NCBI GenBank assembly: GCA_963723515.1
Contig: CAVRQT010000002.1
Location: 256,001 to 320,000 of the forward strand
Direction: 5' to 3'
DNA length: 64,000 nt
Source of the DNA: Vulcanimicrobiota bacterium
GTDB lineage: Bacteria > Vulcanimicrobiota > Vulcanimicrobiia > Vulcanimicrobiales > Vulcanimicrobiaceae
Part shown: piece after piece, positions 30,291 to 39,729 of the stretch
Layout: the number at the start of each line of letters is the position of its first letter
Position numbering within the stretch: the stretch's first letter is position 1
Notes under the pieces: generated by a model
Told to the model about the DNA's origin: nothing
What the model saw: only the letters and a program-made list of their open reading frames with translations
Databases searched by the model: none
Program-made: the position numbers and the translations under genes

Positions 30291-32555
30291 CTAGCCGGCG
30301 GCCTGCGGTACGCCCTCCAAATTGCCCTGAAGCATCGGGTCGCGGCCGGAGTAATAATAGCCCTCTGCAGCCGGAGGTTGCGCACGGTTGAGCACGATGC
30401 CGGCGATATTCGTGACGCCGAGTTTCTCCCAACGCTTCAATCCTTCGCGTAAGTCCGCGCGTTGCGTTGCGCCGGCTGCGACGACGATTAACGAAGCGTC
30501 CGTTCGTTGCCCGATCAGTGCAGAGTCAAGCACCGGCCTCATCGGCGGCGAGTCCAAAACGACCACGTCATAGCGCGTCAAACATTCTTTGAGCAGCGAA
30601 TCTAAACGCTCGGGCTGCAGGACCTTAAGCGGATTGAGTGCGCCGGCGCCGCTCAGCAGCGCGTCGACGTCGCGATGCGCGGTCGTGCAGATCGCGTCTT
30701 GAAGATCAGCCTTGCCGGAGAGAACCTCCGAGAGCCCGCATTTGTTGGCGAGGCGAAGTCGTTTATGGAGCGATGGACAGCGCATGTCTGCATCAACGAG
30801 CAAGACTCTCCGCCTCCGCTTCGCGCCATTTCGCGCCTCTTCCGAATGGTGTTGTAACGCCAGCATCGTCGTGATGTCCGCTCCCTCCTGATTCGGCGCA
30901 GGTTGCAACGGAATGGCCGAGGCGGCGGTTCTCATTTGCGAAATTGCGATCGCCAAGTTGAGTGCAATCGTCGTCTTTCCATCACCGCCGTGCGGACTCG
31001 TTATCGCGACTGTCCTGATCGGATTGCTTTGGGTGGCTCGCAACGTCGTGCACAGTTCAAGAAATGACTCCGCCGCGACCGCTCGCAACCAAGGCGCCGC
31101 CGGTTCCTCGACCGTCCCGAGTTGAGGAACGCTCGAGAGCACGGGCAGCGCGAAGTCATGCTCGATTTCGCGCTTATCGCGCACGCGTTGATCCAGATAA
31201 TCAAGGCCGAGGACGGTCCCCAGTGCCGCTAAAAGGCTGACGGCGAAACCAATGATTAGCATCAAAACGCGGTTCGGCTGCGCGACAGCGTTTTCTGCGG
31301 TTGCAGGCTGCGTCACCGATATATCACTGAGCGCGGTCGTCTCCATGATGAGCGCGTCGTTGTATTTTTGCTGGAGCGCCGTATAGACGTCTTCAGAGAG
31401 TTTGGCTGCTCGTTGGAGCTGGAAAAGCTGAGCGGTTTGCAGCGGCAAGGCGCTCATGCGCGGCATCATCTGCGCGCGTTGCGTATTAAGCTCGCGCAAT
31501 TGCGCGCCATCGCCCGCGATCTGGGCTTGATAGGTGGCGGCTGATTGACTGAGTTGCTGGTACACCGGATTGGGCAGCGTGCTCTGCGCAGAGACGACCG
31601 TCGCCGGCAATGCGGAGATCTCGCGCTGTAGGGCGGCTTGTTGCGCTTCGAGAGATTTGACGGCGGGATGGTCTTCAGTGAACTGCTGACGCGCAGTTTG
31701 CAACTGCGTCTCTACTTGCGCAAGTTGGGTCTGCAACTGTGCAAGGGCCGGGTTCGGAGCAAGCGTTGTTCCGCCCGGCGTCGAGGCCCCTACGCCGGAA
31801 AGTTGCCCTTGTACGCTGCGCAATTGCGCTTCCGCTTGATTTTGGTCGAGCTGAACCTGACCGATTTTGGAGTCGAGTCCGGAAAGCGCGTTCAACGTGT
31901 TCTGCGTCTGCAGATTCATATCGCTGATGCGATGCGACGCCTGGAATTCGGCGAGTGCACCCTCGGCCTTGCGCAGCCGCGCGGCGCTCGCCGGCATCTG
32001 CTGCGACAAGAATGCCAACGCCGCCTCGGCCTGTCCGGTGATCAAGTTGCGCTGGTGCATGATCAGTGCATCTGAAAAAGCATTGGCGATTGCAGCCGAA
32101 GTCTTCGGGTCGCCCCAGCGAGCCGAGAGTTGCAAGATCGACGTATTCGTTACCGGCTTGACGGTAACGCGCGACAGCAGATGCGGCACACTGGTCTTAA
32201 GACCTAAACGGTCGATGACGGCTTGGGCGACCGGCGTCTCTTTGATGAGTTCGGCGTACGTCTCAGCTGATTGGGCGCCACCGCTTTGCAGAAGCGCGTT
32301 CAGAACGGGAAAGTTCGTCAAAGCCGCGTTATTGTTGCTCGAAGGCGAATTCGAATTGCCGATGATGAGGCGCGCTTGCGTCACGTAGGTCTTTGGAATC
32401 GCGACGGCTAGCAGCAGTACGACGGCGGATAAGAGACCGAGGATCGTCCAAAACAATCGTCGCCGCGAAAGCACGCCGCGTAACGATTGCGCGCCAATCC
32501 CAAGAGAATTCCGAGTAGCGTCAGGATGCGCAGGGCTAAGGGCTAGATATGACAT
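30291..32555 (-). CDS. wzc: Polysaccharide co-polymerase / tyrosine autokinase (Wzc/GumC)
   Basis: Two TM segments flanking a coiled coil; Walker A GGDGKTT, LVDADMR, VLDSPP, Tyr cluster GYYY. Confidence 0.93.
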   Translation of the reverse strand: MSYLALSPAHPDATRNSLGIGAQSLRGVLSRRRLFWTILGLLSAVVLLLAVAIPKTYVTQARLIIGNSNSPSSNNNAALTNFPVLNALLQSGGAQSAETYAELIKETPVAQAVIDRLGLKTSVPHLLSRVTVKPVTNTSILQLSARWGDPKTSAAIANAFSDALIMHQRNLITGQAEAALAFLSQQMPASAARLRKAEGALAEFQASHRISDMNLQTQNTLNALSGLDSKIGQVQLDQNQAEAQLRSVQGQLSGVGASTPGGTTLAPNPALAQLQTQLAQVETQLQTARQQFTEDHPAVKSLEAQQAALQREISALPATVVSAQSTLPNPVYQQLSQSAATYQAQIAGDGAQLRELNTQRAQMMPRMSALPLQTAQLFQLQRAAKLSEDVYTALQQKYNDALIMETTALSDISVTQPATAENAVAQPNRVLMLIIGFAVSLLAALGTVLGLDYLDQRVRDKREIEHDFALPVLSSVPQLGTVEEPAAPWLRAVAAESFLELCTTLRATQSNPIRTVAITSPHGGDGKTTIALNLAIAISQMRTAASAIPLQPAPNQEGADITTMLALQHHSEEARNGAKRRRRVLLVDADMRCPSLHKRLRLANKCGLSEVLSGKADLQDAICTTAHRDVDALLSGAGALNPLKVLQPERLDSLLKECLTRYDVVVLDSPPMRPVLDSALIGQRTDASLIVVAAGATQRADLREGLKRWEKLGVTNIAGIVLNRAQPPAAEGYYYSGRDPMLQGNLEGVPQAAG

Positions 32556-32570
32556 TTCTTTCTCCGCGGC

Positions 32571-33475
32571 TTACGGGATCAGCCAGCGTTGCAGCAAGTA
32601 AAGCAGCCCGAGGAGCTTCCGGGGCGACGCGACTGCGGGACATAGACGATGTCGCCTTTCTTCAGGGCGGGGTCGTAGCGCAAATCGCCATTTTGCAATG
32701 CTTGATAAAGATTGACTTCATGCGATGCTGTTCGGCCGTCGGGTTCCGTGCGCGTAACGAAGATGTGATTGAGGTCCGCGTAGGAGTTGCTGCTCGTGCC
32801 TGCCTTTGCGATCGCCGTCGCAAGACGGTCGCCTTCGCGCATTTGGATGTAACCGGGACGATCGACCGCACCGACGACCTCGATATCGAATGACAGCGGC
32901 CCCTCGACGTAAACGACGGAGCCCTCGTCCAAAGCGAGGTTTTGCGTTTGATCGCCGTCATTGAGCAGTCTCTGTAGCGAAACGTGCGACAGTGTGCCGT
33001 CGGCCAGAGAGACGCGCGCGTCAGGAAACGCGCCGTTCGTTGGAGCGAGGCCACCCGCTGCAGCGATCGCGTCTGTCAGCCGGCCGCCGGGGCGCAGCGC
33101 GTATTTGCCGGGCGTCTTGACGTCACCCATGACGAGAACATTCGCTTGACCGGCAGTAGCGATGCCGACCGTCACCGCGGGATGACGGATGTACTTTTGG
33201 AGTTGCTTCGCGATCTGTCGCGCAGCCGTTTCCGTCGTTTCGTTCTCGACTTTGACGCGTCCGATCAGCGGTAGCGTGATCGTGCCGTCGGGCAACACGG
33301 TCGGCGGGGTGAGCTGCTTGAAATTGTCATCGCCATAGACTTGAACCGAAAGCTGGTCTCCGCGATGAATCACGTATTGATCGCTCGATCCCGCAATTGC
33401 AGCAGTGCAGCCGAAAGCTGCAACGCCGACGATGAAGATGAGCGATGAAGCCGAATGTTTTACAAATGCGGTCAC
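32571..33475 (-). CDS. wza: Polysaccharide export protein with SLBB domains; last codons frameshifted (likely ends LLYLLQRWLIP)
   Basis: YVIHRGDQLSV, VLPDGTITLPLIG, VMGDVKTPG, AIAAAGG, GDIVYVP; SD AGAAGGG before GTG 33475. Confidence 0.88.
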
Positions 33476-33927
33476 GATGGCAGACCCTTCTGTGGGCTGC
33501 GGTCGGCGTGGCACTCGTTGCGGGATTCTCTTGGGCTGCTACCGACCGTGAAGTATATGAGACGACGTCCCCTCATACGCTCGTCGCCTACGTGTGGTTT
33601 CGAAAAGCGTACAGCGTCGTTGCGTTTGCAATCGTTGGTGCGATCGTTGCTCGATGGATGCCGCGAGCGAGCGCGATCGCTCGAATCCTGTGCAGCGGCG
33701 CCGTCGTTGGCGCGTACAGCGCATTGATCGAAGTAGCGCAGAAGTTGCACGGTTCGACGGAGAGCTGGCGCTGGAACATCTTCGATATTGCGTGCGGTAT
33801 CGTTGGCGGCTTTGCCGGTGCGCTTGCCGCGACTGTGTATCGGCATTACGTTAGCGCTATTGCGGCGGCGCGCCGCTGCAATCGGCCGATTGAACGGCAT
33901 CGACAGGCGGGCACGGCACAGGATTAG
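33466..33927 (+). CDS. VanZ-like membrane protein
   Basis: RKAYSVVAF, YSALIEVAQ, FDIACGIVGG. Confidence 0.65.
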   Translation: MRSRWQTLLWAAVGVALVAGFSWAATDREVYETTSPHTLVAYVWFRKAYSVVAFAIVGAIVARWMPRASAIARILCSGAVVGAYSALIEVAQKLHGSTESWRWNIFDIACGIVGGFAGALAATVYRHYVSAIAAARRCNRPIERHRQAGTAQD

Positions 33928-34601
33928 GCGGTCCCGGAACCGGACCGGGGCCCGGACCAGGGCCTCCACCGCTGCCGATCAACGTTAAGATCAGCCCGCC
34001 GAGCAAAACGAAGATGCCGCCATTGTGATGCGGCGGAGGCGGGAACGGCCTCGGGCGTTGCCGCTGCAGCAACAGGCGCCGGCGCGGGAGGCGGCGTCGC
34101 GGCGGCCGTTTCAATATAGCGCGGCGGTAAAGGCGGTCTGGCTGCGATATGCTGCACGACCGGCGTACGGATCACCGACAAGTTGCCGCAGGTCGCCGGC
34201 ATGAACAAGCGGACGAGCTGGCGCGGTTCGTGCAGATCGACTTCCCAGCCGTGCGAGCCGGCGGGAATGACGACGTTACGCAGCACGTACACGTTGCCGT
34301 TTCGGTGAACGGCGCTCATCGCGTCGAGATGCCGCGGGATTTGCACCCAGGCTGGATGCGCCGTTCTGAACGTATGAAGGAACCGCGTGAACTCGCGCGG
34401 GCTAAGTCCCACTTCCGCGCCGGCCATTGTCAGACGCGATTCATTGGCCGCAATCCGGCGCTCGATGTCCGTCGTCGATGTGCTTTGCCCACCGAGTAGT
34501 TGGTCGCGGTTGAGGGCGTGAATAACCGTCACGCTCGCAAATGCCGGAGCACCCGCCGCAATGACGGCGAGCACAAAGGCCGCTAGCCGAGTTATTATCA
34601 A
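33857..34601 (-). CDS. Secreted/membrane-anchored hypothetical protein with Pro-rich linker, C-terminal TM and (GP)n tail; frameshift near 34045
   Basis: Signal peptide, domain ending PATCGNLSV, PPPAPAP linker; the next frame gives GIFVLLGGLILTLI-GSGGGPGPGPGP. Confidence 0.65.
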
Positions 34602-34729
34602 GAAGGGTGGCTCCTTATTTTTCGCGCTGTGCTCTCAGCATAGCCGGTCGAGCAGGATGCCGAACCTTCTGTTCGTAGCGACGCTCGCGGTCGTTCGGCC
34701 CAATAGACTTGGTGCTTACGTCGGCGGCG

Positions 34730-35572
34730 CTAGTAGTGACCGAGCGTGCCATCGATTTTCGAGCGCCGGACGGCCCGCGCGAAGAGATACAGCGATACAG
34801 GCAGCAGGATCAAGGTTGAGGCGGCAAGCCACCAGGCGTCCGGCGCCAGGTCCGTCAGCCGAGCACCGTAGAGGGCGCCCCGAAAACCGTTCAGCGCGTG
34901 GGTGATCGGCAAGCACCAGCCGACCATTTGAAGCGCAACGGGCAGTTTGGACACCGGAATATAAACGCCGCCAAAGAGGTTGGCCGCGCTGGTCATGAAA
35001 AACGCGATCGGCCCGGTTTTCTTGAACGTCATGGTGGCCGCGGCGGCCAGCACGCCGATCGGCGACACCGACGCCACGGTCAACAGCAAGAAGCAGAGGA
35101 ATGTCCAGCCGTTCAAATGCGAGAGCTGCAGCCCGTACAGCATCGCGATACCGAAGTAGGCCACGACCTCGAGCGAGGTTAGCGCAAACGCAAACAAACC
35201 CGACGACAGCACGATTAACGGCAGGCTCGTCGGTGTCGCCAAAATCACTTCCAAGGTGCCCAACGTCTGTCCGTCTCGAACTGCGTCGGCGAAACTCAGC
35301 AACGCGGTCGTTTGAAATTGAACGAACGCGAAACTGACCACCAGATAGTCGAAATAACTGGCGACGTGGCCACCGAAGCCGAAGCGTGCCGACGGCGCAA
35401 TCAACAGCGAGAGAAAGAACGCGATGCTGACCTCGACACCGATCGTGACCCAGCGCAACCAGAAGTACGCACTGTAAGAAAGCGTGATGCGTCGATCGCG
35501 AGCAAATATCGCGCGCATCTTATCGATTGCCGACGCAATCGCACTGTAGCGAAGCGTCGTGACATTAACCAT
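34730..35572 (-). CDS. ABC-2 type permease
   Basis: About six TM segments, GTLEVILATP, GGVYIPVSKLP, LPITHAL. Confidence 0.9.
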   Translation of the reverse strand: MVNVTTLRYSAIASAIDKMRAIFARDRRITLSYSAYFWLRWVTIGVEVSIAFFLSLLIAPSARFGFGGHVASYFDYLVVSFAFVQFQTTALLSFADAVRDGQTLGTLEVILATPTSLPLIVLSSGLFAFALTSLEVVAYFGIAMLYGLQLSHLNGWTFLCFLLLTVASVSPIGVLAAAATMTFKKTGPIAFFMTSAANLFGGVYIPVSKLPVALQMVGWCLPITHALNGFRGALYGARLTDLAPDAWWLAASTLILLPVSLYLFARAVRRSKIDGTLGHY

Positions 35573-36557
35573 GCACGGCGGCTCCCAGCACGTCTTTAAA
35601 AACGTCAACCGGCGACGGTTCGAGCAACCGCACTTCATGGATTAGGCTGCCGTTTGAACCGAGCGCATTCAGCAAGCTTGTCAGCGAATGCCGCGAACCG
35701 TTGACTGCAGCCGTGACGACGCTCAAGCCGGCGCCGTTTTCCACGGTGAGATCGTTGCAGCCGGTGATCGCTCGTAGCCGCGCTGCGAAATCCGCATGCA
35801 GGCCGCTTAGCACGATCTTGTACCGGCTGGTTCTGCGATGGTGCAACGTCTGCGGTGCGCCGACTTTGATAACCGTACCCGACTGAAGAATCGCGATGCG
35901 ATCGCACAGGCTCCACGCCTCATCGAGCAGGTTCGTCGCAACGATCACGGTTTTGCCTAATTTTCCGACGAGCTCGTCGCGAATTAGTTCTCTCAATTTT
36001 TCGGCGTGCACCGGATCGACGGCGCGGGTCGGTTCATCGAGAAAGAGCACCGCAGGGTCCGCAAGGAGCGCGCGCGCGACCGTCAACCTCTGACGCATGC
36101 CCGACGAATACTCTGCAAACCGCCGGTCTAGGACGTCCTGCAAACCGACGCACTCCGCCACTTCGAAAATCCGCTCGATCAACGCGTGGCCGCGCCAGCC
36201 GGCAAGCGCGCCGAAAAACTCTAAATTCTGGCGTGCCGTTAAGCGGTAATAAAAACTTCTCTCCTCGCTCGTGCAAAGACCGACACGCAACTTCGCTGCC
36301 ATGGGGTGCTGTGCGATATCGATGTCATCGAGCAGGATGCGGCCGGCGTCCGGAATCGTCAGCGTCGCCATGATCTTCAATAGTGTCGTCTTGCCTGCGC
36401 CGTTGGGCCCAACAAGACCGAAGAGCTCGCCGCGCTCGACGACCAGGTTAACGTCGCGAAGCGCAACGCGACGCGGCGGACGACCGGCATATTTGAGCAG
36501 TGACGGAAGGCCAAAAACGGTCGGAAAAGACTTGGTGACGTGTTCAACCGCCAACAT
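35565..36557 (-). CDS. ABC transporter ATP-binding protein
   Basis: GPNGAGKTT, YSSGMRQR, FLDEPT. Confidence 0.93.
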   Translation of the reverse strand: MLAVEHVTKSFPTVFGLPSLLKYAGRPPRRVALRDVNLVVERGELFGLVGPNGAGKTTLLKIMATLTIPDAGRILLDDIDIAQHPMAAKLRVGLCTSEERSFYYRLTARQNLEFFGALAGWRGHALIERIFEVAECVGLQDVLDRRFAEYSSGMRQRLTVARALLADPAVLFLDEPTRAVDPVHAEKLRELIRDELVGKLGKTVIVATNLLDEAWSLCDRIAILQSGTVIKVGAPQTLHHRRTSRYKIVLSGLHADFAARLRAITGCNDLTVENGAGLSVVTAAVNGSRHSLTSLLNALGSNGSLIHEVRLLEPSPVDVFKDVLGAAVHG

Positions 36558-36661
36558 GGGCGTGTCTGGAGTAATGAAAAATCCTCTCGGTGTGAAAGTC
36601 GAGCAGCGTTCAGTGTAAAGCAATACCCGAAGCGAAAGAAGGACTAGAGCGCGCTATTCTA

Positions 36662-36711
36662 TTGACCGAACATCCTAACAAGAGCGCGTGCGAAATAGGG
36701 CGTTTGGCCCC
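36662..36711. promoter_or_regulatory. DosR/NarL-like boxes in the divergent ABC/asnB-like intergenic region
   Basis: TTGACCGAACATCCTA (36662-36677) and TAGGGCGTTTGGCCCC (36696-36711), degenerate matches to TAGGAC-N4-GTCCTA. Confidence 0.4.
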
Positions 36712-36776
36712 AGGAAATTCTCACCGATTTACAGGACCGTTGTAGCTGCAGGACTTGCTTTAGGAGGCCTCCCCTC

Positions 36777-38552
36777 ATCAGTGGTTTCGTCGCTATCATA
36801 TCGCGGAATGATCAGCATTCGCTTGGCGATGAAATTCGGCGGTTTGCCGATGTTTACGCGTCCATTCGTCATGTGACTGCGCGCGAAGTTGCCTTTGCCG
36901 ACGGACTGGGAGCGGTCGTCAAGCTCGATTCAGCAAGCGGCGATCAGCCCGGCATCGAGCACGGGGGCAGTTCATGGGCCGCATCCGCCGGCGTCGTATT
37001 GTGCGATTCTGCGCTCACTTCTGCCCCGCTTCAAGAACTTGACGGGCAATTCAGCATCATTCGCTACGATGCAACCGCGCATCGTATTGAGCTTATCAGT
37101 GATCCTTTCGGATTGCGTTCGCTGTATATCGCCGAGCGCAACGGCAAATCGTACATCTCGACGTCCGTTTTAGCGCTCGCAAAATTCCTCGAAGCGCCGC
37201 CGGACCGCTATGGACTGTCCTTCTTTTTGCGGACCGGCTATCACATCGGGGCGCTAACGAATTGGCAGGGAATCGCCCGTCTGGATCCGGCAACGATTCT
37301 TTCGTTCACCAAGACCGGATCCGAGACGTACAAATATTTCAATCCGCAGGTCGATCCGTCGGTCGAGCGGCTTGACCTTGCACACACGATCGACCACGCA
37401 CTCGAAGTTCTGCTTGATTCGTACCGGCGCTGGTACACGAATCGTCCTCCTGCCTGGGCGGATTTGACCGGCGGATTCGACTCGCGCCTTGTGGATTCGC
37501 TGCTCGCCGAATGCGGCGTCAAGTTTCGCACGAATACCGTAGGCGCCGAAAGCGAACCGGACGTGCGGTTGGCTCGCGAGGTCGCCCATCGAGCGGGATG
37601 GGAATGGACGCGGTTTTCGCTTCCGCACGACTGGAGCGAAGTGTTACCGCACCGCTTGTTTGAGGCATTGGGGTGGGGCGACGGTCAGCTCGACGTGCTG
37701 CAACTCGCCGAAGTGTTGCAAGGACATTCCGAAAAGAGCATCATCCACCGCTCGCTCTTTGTCGGCGGTGGGAACGAACTGTTCCGAGGCTACGCGTGGC
37801 AACAAGAGTTCTGGGGCGCGGGACGCTCGACTAAAGTGAACTTCAATAGGCTGATGGAAATGCGTTGGTTGCAGCCGCTCAATGCCGCAACGATCTTCGC
37901 TGAAGATCCGACGTCCAGAATTCGTGAAGACCTTCAGGCGCGCGCTCAGCGTTGGGTCGCGCCGTACGAAGGCGCGCTCAACACAACACAACTCGATATC
38001 CTGTACCTGCGTAAGATGCCGACGCACTTCGGCCCATATCAAACCGCGGCCGATGCTTCGATGCGGGCCATCTTGCCGTTCTTTTCACGACCGATTGTCA
38101 ACGCCGCGTTGTCTTCGAATTTCCGTCACCGCAAAGGCCATCGCCTCATGCGGCACATGATCGACCGCATTAACCCTGCGGTCGCAGCGGTTGCGACGGC
38201 GAGCGGCGGACCGGCGCAGCCGACACGCGCGACGAACCTTCATCGCTTTGCACCGTACTACTTCAATCTCGCGCGCAAGGCGTCTTCAAAGCTCGGTCAA
38301 AATTTGACGAAGCGGCGAATGCTCGGCGCCAGAGCGCTGCCGGTCATGTCGCAACGCACCGCCGCTCGCCGGTTCGTGCTGCATCATCTCAATCTTCAGC
38401 CCTCGGCGATGCGGACCGGTTCCCTGTACAATACATCTGCGTTCGAACGTTTCTTGCAACAAGCCGATGACGAGACGTTCGCAGACAGCGCGCTGTTAGG
38501 ACGCGTCATCGCTGCAGAACTTTCACTTCGGGAAACCGGTGCCGAGCTTTAA
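36777..38552 (+). CDS. Asparagine-synthetase-like amide ligase (ORF track start 36873; probable true start ATC 36777)
   Basis: LDGQFSII, SDPFGLRSLY, PP-loop LTGGFDSR, GGGNELFRG, PFFSRP; SD AGGAGG 9 nt before the in-frame ATC-S-G-F. Confidence 0.85.
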   Translation: MSGFVAIISRNDQHSLGDEIRRFADVYASIRHVTAREVAFADGLGAVVKLDSASGDQPGIEHGGSSWAASAGVVLCDSALTSAPLQELDGQFSIIRYDATAHRIELISDPFGLRSLYIAERNGKSYISTSVLALAKFLEAPPDRYGLSFFLRTGYHIGALTNWQGIARLDPATILSFTKTGSETYKYFNPQVDPSVERLDLAHTIDHALEVLLDSYRRWYTNRPPAWADLTGGFDSRLVDSLLAECGVKFRTNTVGAESEPDVRLAREVAHRAGWEWTRFSLPHDWSEVLPHRLFEALGWGDGQLDVLQLAEVLQGHSEKSIIHRSLFVGGGNELFRGYAWQQEFWGAGRSTKVNFNRLMEMRWLQPLNAATIFAEDPTSRIREDLQARAQRWVAPYEGALNTTQLDILYLRKMPTHFGPYQTAADASMRAILPFFSRPIVNAALSSNFRHRKGHRLMRHMIDRINPAVAAVATASGGPAQPTRATNLHRFAPYYFNLARKASSKLGQNLTKRRMLGARALPVMSQRTAARRFVLHHLNLQPSAMRTGSLYNTSAFERFLQQADDETFADSALLGRVIAAELSLRETGAEL

Positions 38553-39729
38553 CGAAGACGGCTTGCATCAGATCCGTGTGATGCACGTTGTGGCGCATCT
38601 CTCGACTTACGGAGCGGAGAATCTCGTCGCCCAGCTCGCGCAGGAGCTCAGCTCGTCGCTTAACGTCGCGGTCTTAACCGTCTCCGATATTCCGCTAGCG
38701 GCGCGCGAAGTCGATTTCGCGGGGCCGATTTTTTGCGCGGCGCGTGAACGCCGTGATGCCTCATTCTTTTTTCGTATGGTCGGGCTGATGCGACTGTGGC
38801 GCCCGACGATCGTCCATAGTCACGTGCATAACGGGAAGTTCTGGGGACGCATGGCAGCCGTCGTCGCCGGCGTACCGCACATCGTACATACGGAACATAA
38901 CAGCGATTTTCGAGCCGGTCTGCTGGAAGGTGCAGCCAATCGATTCCTCCATGCGCGGACCGAACGCTTCGTCGCGTTTTCGAAAACCCACGCGACCGCT
39001 CTGGCTGCGGCGGAGCGCATTCCTAAATCGAAGATGGCAATCATCCCCAACGGCATCCGACAACCGCTCTGCGCCGATCGCCGTGCGGCTCGTATGCGAC
39101 TTGGAGTCGATGATGATACGTGTACGGTATTCGTCGTTGGACGATTCGCAGCTGTCAAGAATCAAGAGCTCGCAATCCGAACGATCTCGCGACTGCGCAG
39201 CGAGATAGCTCAGCATACGAAATTGTTTTTAGCGGGGAACGGTCGCGAAGAACCGCGGTTGCGTGGTATTGTCGCTGACTTGCAGCTAGAGGATCGCGTC
39301 GCGTTCTTGGGATTCAGGCCGGATCTCGAAGAGATCTTGCCGGCAGCGGATGCGCTGTTGGTGACATCCCTCAATGAGGCGATGCCGCTCTCGATCATCG
39401 AGGCAATGAGCGCACGAGTGCCCGTCGTTTCGACCCCGTGGCTCGGCGCGGCCGAGCTTTTGGAAGATGGAGCGTTGGGATTGATTTCGGCCGATTGGAC
39501 GGCTGAGAGCCTGGCGGATTGTCTAACACGCACCTTTAGCGACGTTCTTGGTACGACTGCGCGGACTCGGAGAGCTCAAAGCGCCGCCGTCTCACGCTAC
39601 AACATTCGCACCACGGCGGCAAAACATGAGGCGCTCTATCGAGCGCTATCCGGCGCCGGCGGTCCCGATCATTCCGACGTGCGAGACAAGCTCGTTCATG
39701 ATCCGCAAACGGTCGTAGCGCTTCGTTAA
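38539..39729 (+). CDS. GT4 glycosyltransferase
   Basis: GAEN, VHSH, HTEHN, IPNG, VGRFAAVKNQ, EAMPLSIIEAM. Confidence 0.92.
   Translation: MPSFNEDGLHQIRVMHVVAHLSTYGAENLVAQLAQELSSSLNVAVLTVSDIPLAAREVDFAGPIFCAARERRDASFFFRMVGLMRLWRPTIVHSHVHNGKFWGRMAAVVAGVPHIVHTEHNSDFRAGLLEGAANRFLHARTERFVAFSKTHATALAAAERIPKSKMAIIPNGIRQPLCADRRAARMRLGVDDDTCTVFVVGRFAAVKNQELAIRTISRLRSEIAQHTKLFLAGNGREEPRLRGIVADLQLEDRVAFLGFRPDLEEILPAADALLVTSLNEAMPLSIIEAMSARVPVVSTPWLGAAELLEDGALGLISADWTAESLADCLTRTFSDVLGTTARTRRAQSAAVSRYNIRTTAAKHEALYRALSGAGGPDHSDVRDKLVHDPQTVVALR

Noticed and set aside
36688..36876. 62-aa ORF upstream of the amide ligase as a leader or precursor peptide
   Set aside because: It overlaps the better-supported N-terminal extension of the ligase and has no precursor features.
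34730..38552. Lasso peptide cluster (Asn-synthetase-like cyclase + ABC transporter)
   Set aside because: I found no precursor with a Y-x-x-P...T-x-G leader, no PqqD/RRE and no transglutaminase-like B2 in the window. The context is glycosyltransferases.
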